From an uncultured Bdellovibrionales bacterium (GTDB lineage: Bacteria > Patescibacteriota > Minisyncoccia > Moranbacterales > UBA1568), in assembly GCA_964436855.1 (NCBI GenBank), contig CAYTED010000002.1, positions 13,925-77,924 on the forward strand: a stretch of DNA of 64,000 nucleotides. Direction: 5' to 3'. Below the pieces are notes generated by a model, which saw only the letters and a program-made list of their open reading frames with translations, searched no databases and was not told where the DNA came from. The position numbers were made by a program, and so were the translations under genes. Below are positions 56,504 to 64,000 of the stretch, one piece after another. Numbering within the stretch: position 1 is the first letter of the stretch; every line of letters begins with the position of its first letter.

Positions 56504-58615
56504 ATGAATTTCAAGCCGCTTTTTGAACCGAAATCCATTGCGATCGTCGGCGCTTCCACCGAGACCGGAAGTGTCGGGAACGATATCGCGAAAAATATCT
56601 TATTTGGCGGATATTCCGGTGATGTTTTTTTGATCAATCCCAAAACAACCTCTCTTTTCAATCGGGAGTGTTTTCCAAGTGTAAGCGCCATTCCGGAAAC
56701 ACCTGACCTTTCAATCATTATCGTCCCGGCAAAAATCGTCCCTGCCGTTCTTCGTGAATCCGGCGAAAAAGGTATCCACGCCGCCGTTATTATTTCCGCC
56801 GGATTTCGTGAAACCGGAGAAGAGGGTGCGGAGCGGGAAGAAGAAGTCATTGCGATCGCAAAGGAATTCGACATCGCGCTCCTCGGGCCAAATTGTCTCG
56901 GATTTCTCAATCCCGCGATCAAACTCAATGCCTCATTCGCTTCGGAAAAACTCTCCCCGAAGACAGGTTCGATCGCTTTTTTCTCACAATCAGGCGCGCT
57001 TTCGACCGCACTTCTTGATCTCGGGAAAAACGAACTCGGGTTTTCGGTGTTTGCAAGCATCGGAAACAAAGCCGTTCTTCGTGAAGCTGACTTCCTTTCT
57101 TTTGCGAAAGACGATCCGAAGACACGCATTGTCGCCCTGTATTCTGAAACCATCGAGAACGCTTCGACGTTTATCCATGCCGTTCGCGAACTTGCCGCCC
57201 TCCCCCAACCAAAACCAGTCATTATCCTGAAATCCGGAACAACAGAAGCGGGCGCATCGGCTTCAAGCTCGCATACCGGCGCACTCGCCGGAAGCGATAC
57301 CGCCTATCAGGCTCTTTTCAAGAGTGCCGGCGCTCTCCGGGCAAACAACATCAATCATTTAAAAAATCTCCTTTCGGTTTTTTCAAATAATCCGCTTCCG
57401 AAAGGGCGTCGGATCGCCGTCATCACGAATGCCGGCGGACTGGGTGTTCTCGCAACCGACGCGATCGTTACATCGGGACTTACCCTTGCGAAACTCTCTG
57501 CCGAAACAAAGGCACGGCTTTCCGAATTTCTTCCAAAGGCCGCAAGCACCGCAAACCCGATCGATGTCCTTGGCGATGCAAAAAGCGATCGTTATGCGAA
57601 AACACTTGATATTGTCTCCACTGACCCAAATGTCGATATGATCGCCATAATCGTTACCCCGCAAAGCATGACCGAGCCATCAGAAACCGCGTCCGCAATT
57701 ATCCAAACACATTCCGTCTCTCAAAAACCCATGGTCGCAATTTTCTCCGGAAAAGACGCACTCGAAATCGGACGTACGAAACTTATTTCTTCCGGTATTT
57801 CCACTTATACTTACCCCGAGGAAGCGATTGTTGCGCTTTCGGATTTCGCGTCATTCGCGCTCCGCGATCAAACGGAATCACTGATTGTCCCGGATTCCAT
57901 TCCGGGGATTGATCTTGAATCCGCTCGAAACATTATTGATTCGATTCAAAAAACCGGACGCACACATTTTTCCGAAAGCGAGGGCTACAAACTTCTCTCT
58001 CTTTATGGGTTTCCAACGCTTCGAAGTTACGATGTTAGCAGCACTTCCGAAGCGCAAGCCGCCGCGGGGATGGTCGGCGGACCCGTTGCAATGAAAATCA
58101 ATTCTCCCGATATTCTCCACAAGAGCGATGTTGGCGGAGTTCTCCTTGATATCAATCCTGAAAAAGCGGGCGATGCTTATGAAAAGCTCCTCCGCATTGT
58201 TTCAAAAAACGCCCCCTCGGCGAAACTTAGTGGCGCGGTCGTCGTCGAAATGGCAAAAAAGGGTGGTATCGAGCTTATTCTCGGCATCAAAAAAGAACCC
58301 GGACTTGGGACGCTTGTTCTGGTTGGGCTTGGCGGTATTTTTGTCGAGGTATTCAAAGACGCTTCGTTTCGTTTTGCGCCGGTAGCGCATTCCGAAGCAC
58401 TCAAAATGCTCCGCGAGCTTCGCGCCTTCCCGATTCTCGAAGGAACGCGCGGGAAAGAAGGTATTCATCTCGATGCGGTCGCGGACGCCATTGTCCGCCT
58501 CTCACGACTCGCTTCTGACTTTCCGGAAATTTCCGAAATCGATATCAATCCTTTGCTCGCATTTTCAAATCCGAAAGACTTCCGCATCCTCGACGCTCGG
58601 ATTCTGCTTAAGTAG
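56504..58615 (+). CDS. ADP-forming acetyl-CoA synthetase (fused alpha/beta NDP-forming acyl-CoA synthetase)
   Basis: 703 aa. The CoA-binding N-terminus SIAIVGAS...GNDIAKNIL, the succinyl-CoA-synthetase-like flavodoxin domain and the ATP-grasp C-terminus are collinear with archaeal and bacterial Acd. Confidence 0.88.
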   Translation: MNFKPLFEPKSIAIVGASTETGSVGNDIAKNILFGGYSGDVFLINPKTTSLFNRECFPSVSAIPETPDLSIIIVPAKIVPAVLRESGEKGIHAAVIISAGFRETGEEGAEREEEVIAIAKEFDIALLGPNCLGFLNPAIKLNASFASEKLSPKTGSIAFFSQSGALSTALLDLGKNELGFSVFASIGNKAVLREADFLSFAKDDPKTRIVALYSETIENASTFIHAVRELAALPQPKPVIILKSGTTEAGASASSSHTGALAGSDTAYQALFKSAGALRANNINHLKNLLSVFSNNPLPKGRRIAVITNAGGLGVLATDAIVTSGLTLAKLSAETKARLSEFLPKAASTANPIDVLGDAKSDRYAKTLDIVSTDPNVDMIAIIVTPQSMTEPSETASAIIQTHSVSQKPMVAIFSGKDALEIGRTKLISSGISTYTYPEEAIVALSDFASFALRDQTESLIVPDSIPGIDLESARNIIDSIQKTGRTHFSESEGYKLLSLYGFPTLRSYDVSSTSEAQAAAGMVGGPVAMKINSPDILHKSDVGGVLLDINPEKAGDAYEKLLRIVSKNAPSAKLSGAVVVEMAKKGGIELILGIKKEPGLGTLVLVGLGGIFVEVFKDASFRFAPVAHSEALKMLRELRAFPILEGTRGKEGIHLDAVADAIVRLSRLASDFPEISEIDINPLLAFSNPKDFRILDARILLK

Positions 58616-59315
58616 CTCTTTTTCTCGCGATTATTCGAAAAAATTTATCGTGTTCCAACAGGACATCGAATGTTCCAAATTTTTTTCGTATCTCTTCTTC
58701 ACCATTGGTACTTTTTCGTATATCGAGAATAAGTACTCCGCCTTCATTAAGTCGATCGTATGCCTGATCAAGATACGTAGAAATCGGATAGTGAAATCCC
58801 CACGAAATAAGGGAAAGGATAATATCGTACGAGGCATTAAATGGAATATTGTTATTTGGTGTCACTTCCGCATAGTGAATTCTCGATCGAGGCACATTAT
58901 TCTCAACAAGAAACTCTCCTGCAGCACCCAAAGAGTTGTAAAACGATCCTGTCTTTTCAAAATTATAATGGATTGATTTTTCAACGATTGTTTTGTCGAG
59001 AAGAAAAATATCAATAACATTTCCATAATGTCGTGACAGAAATATATCAATACCGGCAACACCGCAACCGATATCAAGAATAGCCTTAGCGCTTTTCGGA
59101 AGAACACTCTTGATATTTAAAAATTCTCGATTCATGTCGGCTTCGAATTCTTTCTTTATTTTTTCTGAAAAAAATACGGATTTTAGAAAAATCGTTGCGT
59201 GGTAGAGAAATCGTACGCGTCCGATTTTGGTGAGAAAAAGGAAGAATATATTCTTTCCGGCATATTCCGTTCTTTGGTACAGAATATATGGAAGAAGTGT
59301 ATCGGAAATATTCAT
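58608..59315 (-). CDS. Class I SAM-dependent methyltransferase
   Basis: Motif I ILDIGCGVAGIDI, plus motif post-II. Confidence 0.6.
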   Translation of the reverse strand: MNISDTLLPYILYQRTEYAGKNIFFLFLTKIGRVRFLYHATIFLKSVFFSEKIKKEFEADMNREFLNIKSVLPKSAKAILDIGCGVAGIDIFLSRHYGNVIDIFLLDKTIVEKSIHYNFEKTGSFYNSLGAAGEFLVENNVPRSRIHYAEVTPNNNIPFNASYDIILSLISWGFHYPISTYLDQAYDRLNEGGVLILDIRKSTNGEEEIRKKFGTFDVLLEHDKFFRIIARKRAT

Positions 59316-60490
59316 ATCGATTGCATTAATTTTGTCAGCAAAACTATATATTCATCTTCTTTTCCAAATTTCTTCCAAGCTTGCGCTTGAATCTCTTCAG
59401 GGGTTAGATAGGTATTTTTTCCAGTCAGATATTCAGAAACTGCTCGCTCGAACTCCTCTGGATTTTCGGCGAGATATCCGGTTTTTCCATTCTCAATAAT
59501 TTCCGACAACGCCCCTCGTTTAAGCGCGAAAAACGGTTTTCCGAACGTAATCGTCTCGAGTGCGGTTAAACCGAACGGCTCTGGATTCTCCGATGCCGCA
59601 ACAACACACGCGGCATTTTGAACGAGAAAATTCAACTCCTGACGCGATCGCATACCAAGATAGAGAGTTCCCGATTCTTTCTCCGGGTCATATCCAGATT
59701 CAATACGTCCCGCAAGCACAAGCGGTAGCCCGATTGATTTCGCAAGTGAAAGAAGTGTCTGAATTCCTTTTTCATACGAAATAGCTCCATAAGAAAACAG
59801 GTATCGGTCCGGTAGCGAAACGTTGCTCGGTGCTTGGACCCCTGATTCTCCTTTTGGAATGAAATGGTGTAACAAAAATATTTTTTTCCGCGGAATACCA
59901 AAATCGATCAAAACATTGAAAACGTACCGACTCGGAACTACAAATTGATCAACGTAATCATACAAACGAAACATATCTTCCCAGTATTTTTTAAGAACGA
60001 GAAGGAGTCTTTTTCCGAATCCATACTTCTTCACAAAGAGAAATTTCCAGTAGTGCTTTCCAATATCCCGATAGTAAATATCTTTATCCGGAGAAACGAG
60101 CGCATAGTCATGCACGGTCATCACGAGTGGTATATTTGCCTTCTTTACAAGCGGAAAGAAAGCGAGAGAGAGTTGATGATACGCATTATGCACGTGTACT
60201 ACATCGGGCTTGAAATTTTGACAAAGGGAGTGCATTTTTTTCCTTGCCTCAAATGACCAGAAAAGCCGTCCGATGCCAATCAATCGTTCAAAAAAAGTTG
60301 AATCATTGCGATTGTACCCCACATACGAAACAAAATATTTTTCCCACTCGGACGGAATGTTTTCTTTTGAGTGCATCGAAAAATGCGCGACCGTATGCCC
60401 GGCCCGCTCAAGAGCAGCAATCAGGTCAAAGTAGTGCCGCGATGTGCCGCGACGGAAAAAATGAAATTTGTTAACCTCGATAATTTTCAT
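59312..60490 (-). CDS. Glycosyltransferase family 4 (GT-B)
   Basis: Start taken at MKIIEVNKF (abuts the upstream gene). C-terminal SENPEPFGLTALETITFGKP matches GT4. Confidence 0.8.
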   Translation of the reverse strand: MKIIEVNKFHFFRRGTSRHYFDLIAALERAGHTVAHFSMHSKENIPSEWEKYFVSYVGYNRNDSTFFERLIGIGRLFWSFEARKKMHSLCQNFKPDVVHVHNAYHQLSLAFFPLVKKANIPLVMTVHDYALVSPDKDIYYRDIGKHYWKFLFVKKYGFGKRLLLVLKKYWEDMFRLYDYVDQFVVPSRYVFNVLIDFGIPRKKIFLLHHFIPKGESGVQAPSNVSLPDRYLFSYGAISYEKGIQTLLSLAKSIGLPLVLAGRIESGYDPEKESGTLYLGMRSRQELNFLVQNAACVVAASENPEPFGLTALETITFGKPFFALKRGALSEIIENGKTGYLAENPEEFERAVSEYLTGKNTYLTPEEIQAQAWKKFGKEDEYIVLLTKLMQSI

Positions 60491-61974
60491 ACGTTTCCGG
60501 TTTTCGAGAAAAATGTTTTTTTGGAAGAAGCGTTTCGATGAAGGAGTGCCCCGATCAATCCGAGGGTAATCCAAAAGAAAAACGTGAGGTTGTTTGACTC
60601 AAGATACGGCTGAAAGAGAAAAGCAATCCCAAAAAATACGAGAATGGAAAGCAATATTCCCCTCAACAGAAACTCTTCACTCGATACGGACAATTTTAAT
60701 TGTAACGATTGAATAATAAAGAGAAAAAAGGAGAAAAGAAACAAGATACTGCCAATTGCTCCGGTTTGTACGGCAATTGCAAACCAAGAATTATGAATAC
60801 TCCGAACCTCCACGATCGCTCGGTAGTCTCCAAGTTCAACCGGAACATTCTCTCCAAGTCCGACGCCAAAAATCGGGTGTTCGGAAAATTCCGAGAATGC
60901 ACTTCGCCAGACGGATCCGCGCCATGCCGCGCTTTCGTCGACTCCGGAATCCGTTATCGATACGACACGCTCAAAAAACGATGAAACACCTTCAAAAGCT
61001 CCACGCGAAAGAGAACTGTTTGGAGCAAGAGTTAGTACAGAAAGACCAATTACACCAACGAGCGCAAACACTCCGCATATCGTCCCGATATTCCGAATCA
61101 TTTGCGATTTTGATTCTCCGGAAAAAAACAGAAATCCCGCAAGCAAGGCAGCAAGAAGCGCGATCCAGAGATGACGCATTAATGAGCCGATAATCCCTAT
61201 CAGAAAAAGTGCCGGAACAAAAGTGGTAGCAAGAAAACGAAATCGATCAAAGACTATATTTTTCCGAAAAGTGGTAAAGAAAAAAAGCATTATAAACGCG
61301 AGCGAGAAATAGAGTGCGTGTCGAAAGCCAAGGAGTCGGGATCCGGACGTGGAAAGCGGATTATATTCCGTCCACAACCCATTCCCCCGTACAACACCGA
61401 TCACGAGAAACAGAAGCGCAACAATTGTTGAATATAGGAAAATTTTCCCAAGCTGCATAGCATCTTCTTTTTTGGAAAATATCCGACTGATGGCAAAAAA
61501 TATCATTCCGTAAAAAACATAGTTCTTCCACATACTGAAAGCAACCGGAATATCGGAAAAATCAAAGAAAAAAACGGAAACAAGAAATAAGAGGGAAATG
61601 TGCATAAAAAACGCAAGGAGGAACCACTCCGGAAGAGAAAAAGAGATTCCTCGAAATCGATTTCGTATGGCTTGGGTAAAAATCGAAAGATACACACCGA
61701 GAAGTACTGCGTCCAGTGGATAGAATTTGATAATTGCATCGTTCAACACAAGTGGCTGCTGCGAGAAAAACCGCTCAAAAAAAATCATTGCAACTACAGA
61801 AGTCATAATGCCGATTTTTGGAAAAAGAACAGAAATGGAAAATATAATCCCTGATGCCGCGAGAAACAAAAATGCTGGTATGTTTCCAATAGCTACATAA
61901 TAAAAAGATATCCCACAAAGAAGAAATGTGAGCCCAAAGAAGAGGATGTTGTTTTTTGTAAAAAGGTTGTTCAT
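60487..61974 (-). CDS. O-antigen ligase/polymerase-like (Wzy_C domain) polytopic membrane protein
   Basis: About 12 TM. SIHNSWFAIAVQTGAIGSILF is the Wzy_C/WaaL conserved loop pattern. Confidence 0.65.
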   Translation of the reverse strand: MNNLFTKNNILFFGLTFLLCGISFYYVAIGNIPAFLFLAASGIIFSISVLFPKIGIMTSVVAMIFFERFFSQQPLVLNDAIIKFYPLDAVLLGVYLSIFTQAIRNRFRGISFSLPEWFLLAFFMHISLLFLVSVFFFDFSDIPVAFSMWKNYVFYGMIFFAISRIFSKKEDAMQLGKIFLYSTIVALLFLVIGVVRGNGLWTEYNPLSTSGSRLLGFRHALYFSLAFIMLFFFTTFRKNIVFDRFRFLATTFVPALFLIGIIGSLMRHLWIALLAALLAGFLFFSGESKSQMIRNIGTICGVFALVGVIGLSVLTLAPNSSLSRGAFEGVSSFFERVVSITDSGVDESAAWRGSVWRSAFSEFSEHPIFGVGLGENVPVELGDYRAIVEVRSIHNSWFAIAVQTGAIGSILFLFSFFLFIIQSLQLKLSVSSEEFLLRGILLSILVFFGIAFLFQPYLESNNLTFFFWITLGLIGALLHRNASSKKTFFSKTGNV

Positions 61975-61995
61975 GGGGTCTTCTTTATTCTAGCA

Positions 61996-62036
61996 GAAAA
62001 AAATCCGAGCCCAAGGAAAAGATTCTTCCTTGGGCT
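61996..62036 (-). terminator. Rho-independent terminator downstream of the high-GC lipoprotein gene
   Basis: Minus-strand read: gagcccaaggaagaatcttttccttgggctc followed by ggattttttt. Confidence 0.6.
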
Positions 62037-62056
62037 CGTAAGGCCGATTCCGCGAA

Positions 62057-63070
62057 TTAATTCTTCTTCGCGGGAGCGGCGGGCGGCGGCGTGACCGAAT
62101 CGGCAGCAGGAGTCGCCTTCACGACGTTCAACTGTGGAACGTCGACCCAGACGCCGTTCAGGCACTGGATCAGAGTTTTCCCATCCGCTGCCAAAATCGG
62201 TGGGTTCCCCTGCCGGCAAGAACTCCCTGCGACCGGAGTAGCTGGCCTCCGTTGCTGCGTCGCTTGTGCCGCGACACACTTGTTTTCGCCAGTTTTTTCG
62301 TTGATCTGGCGAATCGGTCGCCCCTTTGGGCAGGCGGGTAATGCCGGCGCTGCCGCAACCGAAGCAGAAACCGCAGCCGGAGGCTGTGGCGCCGCTTTCG
62401 GTACGATCGCTGACGGGCTTGCGGCAGCAACAGCGATCGTCGCCCCGGGAACCGGTGCCGGACCGGGACCTTGGTACGCCCCATGAAAACCACAGAGCGC
62501 CACACCACCCGGAACGAGCGTACTCACGTACATCGAACCACCGGTGTCGGAACGCGTGCAGACGTTCTGCCCACGCACGACGTTGTCCTGGGCCGGACTT
62601 ACCGTCGTAAAGAGCGGGCGGCGCGACCCGTCAGCGTTCGGCTTCCCGTACAACTGGAAGCCGCCGTTCCCCAGGAGAACGAACCCACAACCGTTCGTCA
62701 CGGTTTGATCCGCCGGACGGAGGTCACCCTCCGCCCCGGTCTTCCGCTTGCTCCCGGTGTCGAGAACAAACGCGACCGGCTCGGGCGCGTTTTCCCAACA
62801 GAGGGCAACCCCTTGCTGGGATTGCACCGTCGCCACCCGCGTCGGGTTCGTCGGGTTCGAGTACATGAACCCAGCGCGACGCGCCGAGGCGGTACTGACC
62901 GCTGCGGCAGCAGGTGTCGCCGCCGGAGCAGCAACCTTCTCCACAACCGGCGCCGGCGGATTCGCCGTCGCACAGCCGGAGAGGATCATCATCGCACTGA
63001 TCAGGATCGGTGCGACGTACTGCAAGAACCAGTCCGCCGAAACGAACCGAGCTACTACTCGTGCGCTCAT
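62057..63070 (-). CDS. Putative lipoprotein, Ala/Pro-rich, with anomalously high GC (likely horizontally acquired)
   Basis: Strong SD (AGGAGGGcataccATG). Lipobox-like ILISAMMILSGC. Third codon positions are overwhelmingly G/C, unlike the flanking genes. The antisense strand carries long spurious Arg-rich ORFs, typical of a high-GC insert. Confidence 0.55.
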   Translation of the reverse strand: MSARVVARFVSADWFLQYVAPILISAMMILSGCATANPPAPVVEKVAAPAATPAAAAVSTASARRAGFMYSNPTNPTRVATVQSQQGVALCWENAPEPVAFVLDTGSKRKTGAEGDLRPADQTVTNGCGFVLLGNGGFQLYGKPNADGSRRPLFTTVSPAQDNVVRGQNVCTRSDTGGSMYVSTLVPGGVALCGFHGAYQGPGPAPVPGATIAVAAASPSAIVPKAAPQPPAAVSASVAAAPALPACPKGRPIRQINEKTGENKCVAAQATQQRRPATPVAGSSCRQGNPPILAADGKTLIQCLNGVWVDVPQLNVVKATPAADSVTPPPAAPAKKN

Positions 63071-63210
63071 GGTATGCCCTCCTAAAAAGCGCGTTGAAAA
63101 AATGAAACAACTCTTGCCTCTTCGGGAAATATTTCATCCCAAAGATGACCCTGAATACTAGCAGGAAATAGCAATTCTGTCAAGTATCAGATATGTATCA
63201 AAAAAATGCC

Positions 63211-63963
63211 TTATACTGGCTTTTTTGCAGTAAGAATAGTAGCAAGCGTCTCAATATCCTCAAGAGGCTTTTCTTGGTATGGCGAAGCAAGATATAACCG
63301 AACTTCCTTTGTATACTCTCGAGAACACTTCAAAAAAGGAGTTAGTCGGATTTCATTGTAACCAATATGTTCGCAAAAATTCCGATAATCATCCTGCAAA
63401 AAACGATTCGGTGATCCAGGGAAAGCAAGAAAGCTCCGGTATACCCACTCGGAATAACGGTATATGTTTAACGGATCCTCTTTTTTTACAAATCGATTGT
63501 GTGTTTGAAAGTCGATTTCGTGTATCATAACCCCCCCAGGAGCAAGAAGAGTGAATAGCTCGCGAAATACCTGCTCGGGATCAAAAAAATGTTCACAGGC
63601 AGCACGGCTGACAATAATATCAAATGTCTCTTTAATTTCCATTGAAGATTCTTCGGCCTCAACTTTTTGATAAGAAAAAATTTCTTTATTTTCAATCGAA
63701 GAAAGAGCGTGTTCAAAGAAATTTCCCGATCGATTTTTTATTTCTAAAGAAACTTCTGCGAGGGCCTCTTTCTTTGGCAAAGTAGCCAGTGGAAATCGAT
63801 CGATTGCAAGAAAGCGACTCGCTCCTCGCGCAAGGTACACAATACCGGAATAGAGATCCGGTCCCGGGCCAAGTTCCAAAACTTTTTTTCCTTCAAAAGA
63901 AAAAGTTCCCGATGTTTTTGAGGTGATTACTTCGAATCTCTCGACTCCCTCAAGCGCATACAT
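63211..63963 (-). CDS. Class I SAM-dependent methyltransferase
   Basis: Motif I VLELGPGPD, plus methyltransferase-11-like downstream motifs. Confidence 0.6.
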   Translation of the reverse strand: MYALEGVERFEVITSKTSGTFSFEGKKVLELGPGPDLYSGIVYLARGASRFLAIDRFPLATLPKKEALAEVSLEIKNRSGNFFEHALSSIENKEIFSYQKVEAEESSMEIKETFDIIVSRAACEHFFDPEQVFRELFTLLAPGGVMIHEIDFQTHNRFVKKEDPLNIYRYSEWVYRSFLAFPGSPNRFLQDDYRNFCEHIGYNEIRLTPFLKCSREYTKEVRLYLASPYQEKPLEDIETLATILTAKKPV

Positions 63964-64000
63964 AAAATCCTGATCGATATTTTTTCCCGATCCGTGACGA

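Noticed and set aside
62471-63085. Arg-rich 204-aa plus-strand ORF (and other long ORFs antisense to the high-GC gene)
   Set aside because: These are the typical antisense artefact of a high-GC coding region. The minus-strand lipoprotein ORF has the SD and the terminator.

Overview
This 64-kb window is a gene-dense, low-GC (roughly 45 percent, estimated by eye) bacterial chromosomal segment, with nearly every gene on the minus strand. The content is compact housekeeping: truncated-looking AlaRS and PGK, a fused ADP-forming acetyl-CoA synthetase, a short HrcA and many small hypothetical membrane proteins. That pattern resembles a small-genome, Patescibacteria/CPR-like organism, but this is inference. 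Standard genetic code is used, with TGA stops.

Housekeeping genes, in order:
- an hrcA-grpE-dnaK heat-shock operon with a canonical CIRCE operator
- yidD, a CorA-like transporter, cysS, dnaB, recR, rplU and alaS
- a division cluster: ftsA plus a large unknown membrane protein
- glycolytic genes: a pfkB-family kinase, eno and pgk
- mraY, a DacA-like carboxypeptidase, scpAB, rpmA, pyrG and rplI
- tRNA-Ala(CGC) and an L,D-transpeptidase
- secA, hpf, ygjP and engB
- a murB-murC-murG-ftsW-trmD block
- an envelope-glycan cluster (GT4 x2, O-antigen-ligase-like, DUF4012, beta-helix protein, methyltransferases) with an ADP-forming acetyl-CoA synthetase embedded in it

Non-standard content:
1. A roughly 9.5-kb accessory block at 31974-41374 is packed with nucleotide house-cleaning and salvage functions: three NUDIX proteins including an HD-NUDIX fusion, a MazG-like NTP pyrophosphatase, dCMP deaminase, two nucleoside-2-deoxyribosyltransferase-like paralogs (one frameshifted), ASCH, DUF1653, methyltransferases and a kinase-like protein.
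2. Three tandem small cysteine-rich ORFs at 4807-5504 each carry a canonical Shine-Dalgarno sequence, in a genome that otherwise mostly lacks them.
3. A GC-rich palindromic repeat family has one copy inserted in-frame in trmD and another in the 3' end of secA.
4. Several other dispersed repeat or palindrome families are present: an AT-rich GAATTTTGAAACTCGAATTTT unit, GGGATGACA-terminated hairpins, a 24-nt palindrome and a 38-bp palindrome, each found at least twice.
5. A compositionally foreign high-GC lipoprotein gene sits at 62057-63070.

No CRISPR array, rRNA or recognisable transposase was seen.
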